Source: Candidatus Marinacidobacterales bacterium
GTDB lineage: Bacteria > Acidobacteriota > Vicinamibacteria > Marinacidobacterales > DATDRI01
Reading direction: 5' to 3'
NCBI GenBank assembly: GCA_965226495.1
Contig: OZ245365.1
Span: forward strand, 5,824,001 to 5,888,000
DNA length: 64,000 nucleotides
A program made the position numbers and the translations under genes. Positions 9,210-18,323 of this stretch are shown here, in pieces. Under the pieces are notes generated by a model. That model ran no database searches. It had not been told where the DNA came from and saw only the letters and a list, made by a program, of their open reading frames with translations. The number at the start of each line of letters is the position of its first letter. Position 1 is the first letter of the stretch.

Positions 9210-10232
9210 ATGAGAGCGACTGACATCGAAATCTCCGACGGCACTTACGAAACGGAGGTAGATGGCCGCCGCGTTGCCCTTGAGACAGCCGAAGCGGAAC
9301 TCGACGCGCGAGCCCGAGCCGCCGATGCCGCCGATCCCAGAGTCGGAGAGCTCGACACACTTGGCCAATACCTCAAGGAAACGCACCGTCATCCGCTTCT
9401 CAATCGGGAGCAGGAGCAGAAGGTCTCTCGGGCCATGCGAAAGTCCGAGCGGGCGCTCAAACGTAAGGATTCGACCACAAGCAAGAGGCGGGCTGCCCAA
9501 AGGGAGTTCGATGAGACCAGGGCCCGGATGATCGAGAGCAACCTTCGGTTGGTCGTTTCGATCGCCAAACGCTACAAAAACATGGGCATGGAGCTCACCG
9601 ACTTGGTGCAGGAGGGGAACATCGGGCTGATGCAGGCGGTCGAGCGGTTCGACCCTCGTCGTAATCTAAAGTTCTCCACCTACGCGACGTGGTGGATTCG
9701 CCAGGCCATCACCCGAGCCTTGTCGCAGAAGTCACGGACCATCAAGGTGCCCATCAACAAGCTGGAGCTCGTCCGGATCGCGACCCGATCCAAGGTCAAG
9801 CTGGAGGAGCAACTCGGACGAACACCGACCACGAAGGAGATCGCGAAGGCGGTCGGCGCTCCGGTCTACCAAGTGGAGGCGGCCATGCAGTCGATCCCTC
9901 ACCTCGAGTCTCTGGATGCGTTGGCGGTCGAGGACGGAAGCCCCCGCTGGGAGCTTCAGACTGACGAGCGGTCGGAGTCCCCTTGGCAGGCGGTCGTCGA
10001 TCGCGACATGCGTGAGAAGGTGGGGGCGACTCTCGAGCTCCTGCCTCCCCGTCAGCAGCTGATCGTGCGCATGCGCTTCGGGATTGGCTTCAACTCCGAA
10101 TACAATCTCGAGGAAATTGGTAAGGTCTTGAATCTGACGCGCGAACGCGTTCGTCAGCTTGAGGTCGAGGCCTTGCAGCGACTAAGGGTGGCTGGAGATC
10201 GGCGCGCGCTGAGCTACTTTTTGAAAAAGTGA
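9210..10232 (+). CDS. Sigma70-family RNA polymerase sigma factor (RpoD/RpoS-like, lacking region 1.1)
   Basis: DTLGQYLKE (1.2), [45 protein letters not shown] (4.2). Confidence 0.92.
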   Translation: MRATDIEISDGTYETEVDGRRVALETAEAELDARARAADAADPRVGELDTLGQYLKETHRHPLLNREQEQKVSRAMRKSERALKRKDSTTSKRRAAQREFDETRARMIESNLRLVVSIAKRYKNMGMELTDLVQEGNIGLMQAVERFDPRRNLKFSTYATWWIRQAITRALSQKSRTIKVPINKLELVRIATRSKVKLEEQLGRTPTTKEIAKAVGAPVYQVEAAMQSIPHLESLDALAVEDGSPRWELQTDERSESPWQAVVDRDMREKVGATLELLPPRQQLIVRMRFGIGFNSEYNLEEIGKVLNLTRERVRQLEVEALQRLRVAGDRRALSYFLKK

Positions 10233-10245
10233 GACAAAACAACCG

Positions 10246-10278
10246 GCCCCGGTGGCGAAAGCTGCCGGGGCTTTTTTT
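10246..10278 (+). terminator. Intrinsic terminator
   Basis: gccccggtggc-GAAA-gctgccggggc followed by T7. Confidence 0.85.
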
Positions 10279-10284
10279 ATTGAG

Positions 10285-10731
10285 TCACAGAGCGGTGGGT
10301 GCCGTCAGCGCACCGAGAAGAGTGGGGATCCAGTTGATGAAGATGAGAATTAGAATGGGGACGAGGCTGAGATCGAGCACGCGGCAATAACGGGCCAACT
10401 CTTCCCGAAGGTTCGGCAGGCTCAACCAGGCGAATCGCGTCAATGACTGCAAGAGTAGGTAGACGAGAACGAGAATACCGATCCGATGGTGCGACGTACT
10501 TGCCGCCCAATCCGCGTTGGCAGCAGCCACCACTGAGCGGGTCAATCCACACCCCGGGCACGGTACCCCGCTTGCTTGTTTCATCACGCACAAATTCGGC
10601 ACGGCTCTCCCGCCGATGCGAAGCGACGTTTCGGTGTCTGGCGCCGGCGTGAGAAGCATCGCCAGGACCAGGATCGAAGCGCATGCCGCGAGAATCACGA
10701 GGTGGGGTGCTACCGGCTCGCGGTGCAACAT
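10285..10731 (-). CDS. DUF2752-like membrane protein
   Basis: C-x8-CPGCGLTRS motif between hydrophobic helices. Confidence 0.75.
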   Translation of the reverse strand: MLHREPVAPHLVILAACASILVLAMLLTPAPDTETSLRIGGRAVPNLCVMKQASGVPCPGCGLTRSVVAAANADWAASTSHHRIGILVLVYLLLQSLTRFAWLSLPNLREELARYCRVLDLSLVPILILIFINWIPTLLGALTAPTAL

Positions 10732-10740
10732 TGTGTCTCA

Positions 10741-10896
10741 GTGCTCGCGGGTCTCCTCGACCCGCGAGCTGCGCCTCGCTCTTCCATCAAAGCCGCGGGG
10801 CCCCACCTCCACGGCTCGTCCCTTCGCCGACAAGCGGCTTCGGGAAAGCTGATGGCTCCTCGCTACGGTGCTGTGCATTCCTGAGCACCCTGCTAC
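10741..10896. repeat. Composite palindromic (REP/REPIN-like) intergenic element
   Basis: Perfect 11-bp stem gctcgcgggtc/gacccgcgagc (10743-10769), ccatca...tgatgg pairing, GTAG at the far end on the minus strand. Confidence 0.5.
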
Positions 10897-11339
10897 CTAA
10901 AAGCTTCCTTGATGTGGGGCTTGGTTAGTGTCACGAGACTCCAAATCCCGACCGGAAGTCCGATGATGCAGCACGGGCTGACGCAAGGCACCATCGCGAC
11001 TACGCTTGCCGCGACGGCGAGGCCGTATTGGCTGAGTTTCTTCATCTCGAGCGCTGCGTAGACGAGGAATCCAGCCACCAAGAGCCCCAATATGCTCGAG
11101 GTGATGCCGATTCCCCCGGACAAGTACTGAGCAAACTCCTCCTCGGCGCTTCCCGCCAACATGGTACCGAGGCTGACCCCGAGTAGATTACCGAGCAGGC
11201 CAAGGAACGCGAAGAAACCACCGAAGACCGCGGTAATCAAGAGCCCAATGGCCGGGCCCGAAACTTCTTGGGAGGGATCGCCAGCGGGTTTCGGAGGGGA
11301 CACCAGGGGTGGCGGTGGTGGTGGCGGTATGCTCGACAT
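10893..11339 (-). CDS. Small membrane protein with proline-rich N-terminus (DUF4190-like)
   Basis: Poly-Pro N-terminus, about four TM helices, PCVSPCCIIGLPVGIW motif. Confidence 0.7.
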   Translation of the reverse strand: MSSIPPPPPPPLVSPPKPAGDPSQEVSGPAIGLLITAVFGGFFAFLGLLGNLLGVSLGTMLAGSAEEEFAQYLSGGIGITSSILGLLVAGFLVYAALEMKKLSQYGLAVAASVVAMVPCVSPCCIIGLPVGIWSLVTLTKPHIKEAFR

Positions 11340-11420
11340 TGTTAGAACCTCCCTTTTAGGGCTAAAGCGATCACTTGTATATTAGATTCCGCGCGGTACT
11401 TCAAACGCTCGCTAAATAAG

Positions 11421-11656
11421 CTCTTCTTCCTTTTTTCCCTCTCCCTCTGGGAGAGGGTGGCGTCAAGACACCTCATGCCCATGATGCAAGCCAAAAAAGG
11501 TAGCAGCTGACAATCAAGCGAGCCAGACGCTGGTGGCCAGTCGCCGGGTGAGGGTAACCGTGGCTCTTCTTCCTTTATTCCCTCTCCCGTGGGAGGACTG
11601 CGGCCGTCAAAATACGTCGTGCCAACGAGCAAGGCGCTCAGGCGGCGGGTGAGGGC
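11421..11656. repeat. Two tandem REP-like units, each interrupted by a mini-element
   Basis: ctcttcttcctt..ccctctccc..gggag..ggtgaggg twice; inserts at 11460-11530 and 11603-11646. Confidence 0.7.
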
Positions 11657-11691
11657 AGATTGCCCTCTCCGCGAACCATGAGTACTATCAA

Positions 11692-12837
11692 ATGATGAAA
11701 ATCAACGTTGTCGGAGGCGGGCCCGCCGGCCTCTACTTCTCCATCCTGATGAAGAAGCTCGACCCGGGTCACAAGATCACACTCTACGAACGCGACGGGT
11801 CCAACGATACCTATGGGTGGGGAATCGTTTTCTCCGACAAAACGATGACCTATCTAAGAGATGCCGACCGAGAGTCTCACGAGAGTATTGCGCGCGCCTT
11901 CGAGACATGGCCGAACGTGGATGTGGTTCATCGTGGCGCGAAGCACTCAGTTCTAGGCAACCAGTTTTCGGGTATCGCCCGGGTCTCCTTTCTGAACATC
12001 CTGCAGGAGCGTTGCAAGGAACTTGGTGTGGATTTGAAATTTCTCGCCAACATTACCAAGGTGGAGCATGTCGCGGACTGTGACCTGCTCGTGGCCGCCG
12101 ATGGGGCCAATAGTTTGGTGCGGAAAACCTATGAAGACGCTTTCAGGCCCAGCCTCGATGTGAGGAAGAACAAATACATCTGGCTTGGCACGGAGCGGTT
12201 GTTCCACGGATTGACGCTGATTCTACGTACCAATGAGGCCGGGCTTTTCGTGGCCCATGCCTACAAATTCAACAACGCCCACAGCACTTTCATAGTCGAG
12301 TGTGTGGGAGAGACATGGGAAAGGGCGGGCCTCCGAGACAAAGACGATGCGCAAACGTGTGGTTACTTGGAAGAAGTTTTCAAGGACGACCTGGAAGGAA
12401 AACCGCTCCTGCACAACAACTTCGTGCGCTGGCTCAATTTTGTCATCGTGCGAAACGGAAACTGGGTTCACAAAAACACGGTTCTCCTCGGTGACGCTGC
12501 TCACACCGCTCATTTTTCGATCGGTTCCGGTACCAAATTGGCACTCGAAGATGCCATCTCTCTCGCCGGTTGTTTTCGAAGCACCCTCGACGTGGCACGA
12601 GCCTTGGCTCAGTATCAGAGCGTCCGAAAACCAGTTGTCCAAGACTTGCAAGAAGCTGCGGAGTCCAGTTTGGTTTGGCTCGAGAACGCGCAACAAAAGA
12701 TCGAGCTGGAGCCGATCCCACTCACTTACGAGCTAATGACCCGCAGCAGGAAAGTCGACTACGAAAAGCTGAAGAAGCGCGATCCGGAATTCGTCGCGCT
12801 CTACGATGAATGGCGGGGTGCCGATACAGGAAGCTAG
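11692..12837 (+). CDS. FAD-dependent monooxygenase (salicylyl-CoA 5-hydroxylase N-terminal-like)
   Basis: GGGPAG, GWGIVFS, AADGANS, LLGDAAHTAHFSIGSGTKLALED. Confidence 0.85.
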   Translation: MMKINVVGGGPAGLYFSILMKKLDPGHKITLYERDGSNDTYGWGIVFSDKTMTYLRDADRESHESIARAFETWPNVDVVHRGAKHSVLGNQFSGIARVSFLNILQERCKELGVDLKFLANITKVEHVADCDLLVAADGANSLVRKTYEDAFRPSLDVRKNKYIWLGTERLFHGLTLILRTNEAGLFVAHAYKFNNAHSTFIVECVGETWERAGLRDKDDAQTCGYLEEVFKDDLEGKPLLHNNFVRWLNFVIVRNGNWVHKNTVLLGDAAHTAHFSIGSGTKLALEDAISLAGCFRSTLDVARALAQYQSVRKPVVQDLQEAAESSLVWLENAQQKIELEPIPLTYELMTRSRKVDYEKLKKRDPEFVALYDEWRGADTGS

Positions 12838-13982
12838 CCTCTCCGGCAATACTCCTGGGCCAGATCTACCAAAATGTCACGGCAGTCGTAGATATCTTGG
12901 ATCTCCGCGTACTCCACTAGGCTATGAAGCCCGGCGCCGCCGGGGCCGAAGACGACGCTCGGAATCGCCGCCTCCGCGAGGATCGCGGAGTCGGTCCATG
13001 CGGTAAGCCCCCCGAACTCGACTCCCCTATCAGTGGCGCGCTCGATGGCCCGAGCCACAGCCTGCGGCAGGGCATGAGATGTCGAGATCTCGTAGGGCGG
13101 GCGGGCAAACGTCAGCTCGCACTCGGCCTTGAAACGCGGATCCTCTTGTCGGAGTCGATCGAGGAGCGCGTCGAGCTCAGTTTCGGCATCGGCCTCGGAC
13201 TCACCAGGGAGGGTGCGCCGCTCGACTTCGAGCCCGCATCGATCCGGATAGCTGGAAAGCTCGCGACCTCCCTTTATCAGTGAGGCATGGACGGAAGGTG
13301 TGCCGAGGCGAGGGTGAGGCAAAATGCCTCGAAGGTTTTTGTCGAGTTCCTCGAGGCCCACGAGAACCCGTCCCATGTGGGTGATGGCGTCGATACCCTC
13401 CTCGGGGCGGCTTCCGTGCGCGGCTTTTCCTTGCGTCTCGATGTGGAACCAGGCGAAACCCTTGTGGGCGACCAAGACCTTCAAGTCTGAGGGCTCGAAC
13501 ACGATGGCGGCGTCCGCCTGGACGGTTTCGACCAGCGCCTCGGTACCGGAAGATCGATATTCCTCATCGACCACAGCGGCGACGGCGATCTCTCCTCCGT
13601 GTGGAGAGCCTTCGGCAAGTTTGGCGGCTGCCGCCAGCATGGCGGCCAAGCCGCTCTTGATATCGTGCGCGCCGCGGCCGTATAGCCTGCCGTTTTCGAC
13701 CCGCGCCTCGAATGGGTCCTCCATCCCTTCGGCGCTGACCGTATCCAGATGACAGCACAATAAAAGGCTGGGCCCATCGCCGCCGCCCCGCAGACGGCCC
13801 ACGACGTTCGGTCTCGCCGGTTCGACCTCGATCATCTCGGCCTCGATGCGGTGCTCTTCGAGAAAGGCGTGCACGAAGCGAGCGATCTCTTGTTCTCCCG
13901 GCGCTCCGGGCACGAGTTTGGGGTTGACCGAGTTGATACGCACCAGACTGCGTGCGAGCTCTAGGGTTTCCCGATCGTCCAT
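12834..13982 (-). CDS. M20 family ArgE/DapE-like deacylase
   Basis: HLDTV, YGRGAHDIK, VDEE, EP, AHGS, FGPG..LHS..E. Confidence 0.88.
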   Translation of the reverse strand: MDDRETLELARSLVRINSVNPKLVPGAPGEQEIARFVHAFLEEHRIEAEMIEVEPARPNVVGRLRGGGDGPSLLLCCHLDTVSAEGMEDPFEARVENGRLYGRGAHDIKSGLAAMLAAAAKLAEGSPHGGEIAVAAVVDEEYRSSGTEALVETVQADAAIVFEPSDLKVLVAHKGFAWFHIETQGKAAHGSRPEEGIDAITHMGRVLVGLEELDKNLRGILPHPRLGTPSVHASLIKGGRELSSYPDRCGLEVERRTLPGESEADAETELDALLDRLRQEDPRFKAECELTFARPPYEISTSHALPQAVARAIERATDRGVEFGGLTAWTDSAILAEAAIPSVVFGPGGAGLHSLVEYAEIQDIYDCRDILVDLAQEYCRRG

Positions 13983-14111
13983 GGGGTCTGTCGGCCTGTC
14001 GGGTCTGGTGGGACGCGCCTACACCTCTAAATTAATGCTCTAGGGGATCGCAGTCAAGGATGAAGTGGTCAGCACATGGTGCTATCATTCACGGCGGAAG
14101 GAACAGAAAGA

Positions 14112-14528
14112 ATGTCGGTGGTGAGCGTCCAGAAGTCTGTCGACAGCCGCGGCGACAACCACGTCATCGATATTACTTCCGAAGTCGCTAGCTCGGTTGC
14201 GGAAGCTGGAATCGAAACCGGTGTCGCGACGGTGTTCGTCACCGGTTCGACTGCCGGCGTCACCACCGTCGAGTTCGAGCCCGGCCTAGTGAAAGATCTG
14301 GACGCAGCGTTCAATCGACTCATGCCGAGAGAGCTGGAATATCGACACCATGAGACCTGGGGCGATGACAACGGCCATAGCCATGTTCGGGCTTCCTTGC
14401 TTGGCCCATCGCTGACTGTACCCTTCGAGCACGGTCAACTTGTCCTGGGCACATGGCAACAGATCGTCCTCATCGATTTCGACACCCGGCCTCGGAGCCG
14501 GAACTATATGATTCAGATCATGGGCTAG
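14112..14528 (+). CDS. yjbQ: YjbQ/UPF0047 family protein
   Basis: GSTAG, Y.HH..DDNGHSH, LGTWQQI..DFD. Confidence 0.88.
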   Translation: MSVVSVQKSVDSRGDNHVIDITSEVASSVAEAGIETGVATVFVTGSTAGVTTVEFEPGLVKDLDAAFNRLMPRELEYRHHETWGDDNGHSHVRASLLGPSLTVPFEHGQLVLGTWQQIVLIDFDTRPRSRNYMIQIMG

Positions 14529-14694
14529 TGTCCTGTATCAGTAGATCGTTGCCTAAAGCTCGAGGCCATTTTGTGTGCTGGCGAGGCGTGCCGAGCGGAG
14601 GGCTAGGCCGAAGGCTGAACTGCACCGAGGCACAACGAAGCCAGCGCGCAAAAGGGGCCGAGATTTAGGTGACGAATTACTGATACAGGACACT
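14527..14694. mobile_element. ~170-bp palindromic MITE/REPIN-like element
   Basis: Perfect 17-bp terminal inverted repeats agtgtcctgtatcagta / tactgatacaggacact with imperfect pairing continuing inward; begins in CTAG at the yjbQ stop. Confidence 0.7.
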
Positions 14695-14727
14695 CGGCAA
14701 GTAACACAACTCTTGGAGGGTCACTGA

Positions 14728-15363
14728 ATGATCGTTTTGGTAGACGAGAAGCTCGAAGCATATGCCGCTAACCACACCCGGGCTCAGCCGGAGTTGTTGA
14801 ATCGTCTCGCCCGGGAAACGCACGGGTCGATGAAGGACCCGGAGATGCTCACCGGACGACTCGAGGGTGGTTTCTTGCGATTGATGGTGAGAGCCCTTCA
14901 AGCCCGCCGCATTGTCGAGGTCGGCATGTTCACCGGCTACAGCGCACTCTCGATGGCAGAGGCGCTTCCCGTCGATGGCAAGCTCATTACCTGCGAAGTC
15001 AACCCCGAAGCGGAGGCCGTCGCCCGCCGTTACTTCCGAGAAAGTCCCCACGGCGACAAGATCGAGATTCGTATGGGGCCGGCACTCGAAACGCTCGAAA
15101 AACTCGAGGGCCCCTTCGACTTTGCCTTCATCGACGCGGACAAGGAAAACTATCCTACTTACTACGAGCTGTGTCTGGAGAGACTTCGACCGGGAGGCGC
15201 CATCGCTGTGGACAATGTGCTGTGGAGCGGCCGGGTGCTGGATCCTCAGGACGAGGAAACCCGTGCCATCGCTACTCTAAACGAGCGAGTGAGTAAGGAC
15301 GATCGAGTGGATCACGCCTTGTTGACGATTCGAGACGGCCTCATGTTGGTAATCAAAAAGTGA
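14728..15363 (+). CDS. Class I SAM-dependent O-methyltransferase (caffeoyl-CoA OMT-like)
   Basis: EVGMFTGYS, FDFAFIDADK.NY, VDNVLWSG. Confidence 0.9.
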   Translation: MIVLVDEKLEAYAANHTRAQPELLNRLARETHGSMKDPEMLTGRLEGGFLRLMVRALQARRIVEVGMFTGYSALSMAEALPVDGKLITCEVNPEAEAVARRYFRESPHGDKIEIRMGPALETLEKLEGPFDFAFIDADKENYPTYYELCLERLRPGGAIAVDNVLWSGRVLDPQDEETRAIATLNERVSKDDRVDHALLTIRDGLMLVIKK

Positions 15364-15383
15364 TGTGAGGGAGAGCCAAGCGC

Positions 15384-16751
15384 CTACGATTTTTCCGAGA
15401 GCGCCTCTTCGGTTTTTCTCGGGTCGACCAATTCGTAGTCTCTGATCTTCTTGTCGAGGGTGGGGCGAGTGATCCCCAAGATCTCGCTTGCCCGTGACTT
15501 ATTCCAGCGTGTAGAGCGCAGCACGCTGTCGATGTACTGCTTCTCCATCTCTCTGAGCGACATGAGCGCGCCGGAAATCTTGCCCGGCTCCGTGGCCAGA
15601 GGCAAATGCTCCCCCACCAACACGTCTCCTCGCGATAAGGTCACGGCGCGGGTAAGGGCATTCTCGAGCTCTCGGACGTTACCTTTCCACTCGTAGTTGA
15701 CGAGAAGCTGCATGACGCTATCCGGCACTTTCCGAACGTTGGTGTGAAGTTGCCGGTTGATTTTTTCCAACAGGTGGGCCGCCAATAGCGGAACGTCTTC
15801 GCGCCTTTCTCGCAGCGGGGGGAGGGTAACTTCTACGACCTTGAGTCGGTAGTAGAGGTCTTCCCTGAAGATGCCTCGCTGGACCAGATCTTCCAGGTTG
15901 CGATTAGTGGCCCCGATGATGCGTGCCTCGGTGCGCTGGGTTTTTTCTCCGCCGACCCTCGAGTACTCCCGATTCTCGACCACCCTCAAGAGCTTGGCCT
16001 GAAGGTTCGGGGAGATGTCACCGATCTCGTCGAGGAATAGGGTTCCGTTGCCGGCGATCTCGATCTTGCCTCGGCTGTCACGTACCGCGCCGGTGAAGGC
16101 TCCACGCACATGACCGAAGAGCTCGCTTTCGAGAACACCTTCCGCCAAGGCTGTACAGTTGACGGCTACGAAGGGCTCGTGACGATTATCGGCGTTGTAA
16201 TGGATGGCTCGTGCCACCAGCTCTTTTCCGGTTCCGGATTCACCCCGAATCATGGCGGTGGTTCTGCTCCGGGAAAGCATGCCGATGGTTTTGAACACTT
16301 CGCGCATCTGCGAGGTACGGCCGATGATGTTGTCGATGCTCCACTCCCGAGAGGCCTCGGTGACGATGTAATCGAGCTTGGTGTCCATTTCCTGCATCCG
16401 CATCGCCTTGCGGATGCCCAGCATCAACTCGTCGTAGTCGATGGGTTTACAGATGTACTCGAAGGCACCGAGCTTCACCGCCTCGACCGTGGTACGCATG
16501 TCGTCGAAGGCAGTGATCATGATGACGTAAGCTTTGGGATCGACTGCCTTGATCTCTTTGAGCACGCCGAGACCATCGAGCTCCGGAAGGTGAATGTCCA
16601 AAATTACCAGATCCGGCTCTAATTCCTTGAAGCGCTGTACCCCCTCTTTGCCGTCGGAGGCAAGGTGGACCTCGAAACCCTCTCCGGAGAGATGGTTCTT
16701 GAAGGTTTGGCGGATCAGGCGATCGTCGTCAATGGCTAGGATGGACTTCAT
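15384..16751 (-). CDS. Sigma54-dependent response regulator (NtrC/AtoC family)
   Basis: Receiver DDD/D/K, GESGTGKE, ESELFGH..GAFTGA, WKGNVREL, Fis HTH. Confidence 0.93.
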   Translation of the reverse strand: MKSILAIDDDRLIRQTFKNHLSGEGFEVHLASDGKEGVQRFKELEPDLVILDIHLPELDGLGVLKEIKAVDPKAYVIMITAFDDMRTTVEAVKLGAFEYICKPIDYDELMLGIRKAMRMQEMDTKLDYIVTEASREWSIDNIIGRTSQMREVFKTIGMLSRSRTTAMIRGESGTGKELVARAIHYNADNRHEPFVAVNCTALAEGVLESELFGHVRGAFTGAVRDSRGKIEIAGNGTLFLDEIGDISPNLQAKLLRVVENREYSRVGGEKTQRTEARIIGATNRNLEDLVQRGIFREDLYYRLKVVEVTLPPLRERREDVPLLAAHLLEKINRQLHTNVRKVPDSVMQLLVNYEWKGNVRELENALTRAVTLSRGDVLVGEHLPLATEPGKISGALMSLREMEKQYIDSVLRSTRWNKSRASEILGITRPTLDKKIRDYELVDPRKTEEALSEKS

Positions 16752-18318
16752 TGGAATCTCTCATTGCCACGCTCGGTTTGTGGCTTGCGGGTTGACCGTC
16801 CCCGTAGGACAAGTGGATGGTGACGGTGGTACCCACCGAGACCGTACTTTTTACATCGACCGTACCGTTGTGGATCTCGACGACCTTACGGGCGTTGGTG
16901 AGTCCGAGCCCGGTTCCGAGACTCTTGGTCGTGAAAAAAGGCTCGAAGATTGATTTCAGTTCCTTTTCCTCGATGCCGGCTCCATCGTCCGCGATTTGGA
17001 CGATGGCGCGCCGCCGTTTCTCCCCGTCTTTCTCGGCAGGCTCAGCAGGCTCAGCAGGCGTCTCTGGTGCCAGGGCGGTCCATACCACGACTTTGCCTCC
17101 CGCCCCCAGCGCCTCGGCGGAATTGAGAAGAATGTTCAGGAAGGCCTGGCGTAGCTTATCGCCGTCGACCAGAATGAGCGGAACGTTGGGAGCGTATTCC
17201 CTGACGATCCGGACGTTCTTGTCTTCGAGTTGATCCTGGACGAATTTGAGAGCGTCGTCCATGAGGTTGTCCAAAGAAAAGAAGTCCTTGGTGAGGATCG
17301 GTTCGCGTGCATATGCCAGCAGTTCTTTCACGATTCTCTCGACTTGATGAATTCCGCTCTCCGCGATTTCGATCTGTTCTTTCTCGTGGGGGACCAGGGA
17401 GGGGCTTCTTCCGACCTTTTGGATGTTGAGCTTGATGGCGGTCAACGGATTCCGGATCTCGTGCGCCATCGCCGCCGCCAGTCGACCGATGGTCGCCAGT
17501 TTTTCGACTTCGACGAGTCGCCGGGAGGTCCTTTCGATCTCGCGTCGGTCTTCCAGAATCTGAGCCGTCATTTGGTTGAAGTTCGCAGCGAGCTCTCCTA
17601 TCTCGTCCCCCGGCGCGATGTGGATGCGGTGGTTCAAGTCACCCTGCGCGACCTTGATCGTTCCCTCGACGAGGGTCTCGAGCGGGCTGCTGATCCGTTT
17701 CGCAAGGAACATGGCTCCCAAGGTACCCAAGGCGAGCCCCAGAAAACCGAGGCTGACCAGGCCGATTCGGGTGCGGTGGATCTCTGCATTGAGCTGCTCG
17801 AGCGAGAGTCCTAACTTCACCGCTCCCCAGAGCTCGTCTTCACCGGCGAGAATCGGTGCGACAATTTCCAAGACCGCGATTTCTTGCAGGACCTCGCTGT
17901 CGTTGGGTCCAGGAGTCTCGAACGTCAAAGAGCCCATCAGGACGCGGCCTTCTTCGAGACGTCCCATTTCGGCGCCCATTTCGAAAAGCTCTGCCGGGAA
18001 GTTGCGACGAGCCTCCTGATTGGAGGCCAGAGCCTTGGCGCTGCGACTAAAGATGATGGCGTAGAGGATGTCGGAGTCTTCCGCCGTCTTTTCCATGTTC
18101 TGCTGTAGCGCGACGGTGTCGTAGTAAAGGAGGGGGGTTACCGACAAATCGGCCACCGCTTTGGCCAAGGCGGCACCGTGCTCGCGCGCTTGCTCTAGGA
18201 TCACCGCCGTCTGCCGGCGTTCGACGAAGAAGACCACAATGATCATGAGTAGCGTGATGAGCGCGGTGGAGCTCAGGATGAAGCGGCTCCGCAGGCTCAA
18301 GGGGCGACGGGTGAGCAT
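16729..18318 (-). CDS. Membrane sensor histidine kinase with HAMP domain
   Basis: Two TM helices, HAMP (DEIGEL), AHEIRNPL, N box, DDGAG, FFTTK..GTGLGL. Confidence 0.92.
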   Translation of the reverse strand: MLTRRPLSLRSRFILSSTALITLLMIIVVFFVERRQTAVILEQAREHGAALAKAVADLSVTPLLYYDTVALQQNMEKTAEDSDILYAIIFSRSAKALASNQEARRNFPAELFEMGAEMGRLEEGRVLMGSLTFETPGPNDSEVLQEIAVLEIVAPILAGEDELWGAVKLGLSLEQLNAEIHRTRIGLVSLGFLGLALGTLGAMFLAKRISSPLETLVEGTIKVAQGDLNHRIHIAPGDEIGELAANFNQMTAQILEDRREIERTSRRLVEVEKLATIGRLAAAMAHEIRNPLTAIKLNIQKVGRSPSLVPHEKEQIEIAESGIHQVERIVKELLAYAREPILTKDFFSLDNLMDDALKFVQDQLEDKNVRIVREYAPNVPLILVDGDKLRQAFLNILLNSAEALGAGGKVVVWTALAPETPAEPAEPAEKDGEKRRRAIVQIADDGAGIEEKELKSIFEPFFTTKSLGTGLGLTNARKVVEIHNGTVDVKSTVSVGTTVTIHLSYGDGQPASHKPSVAMRDSNEVHPSH

Positions 18319-18323
18319 CGAGG

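Noticed and set aside
11421-11656. Repeats as a CRISPR array
   Set aside because: Units are degenerate palindromes, not identical direct repeats with unique spacers, and there are no cas genes
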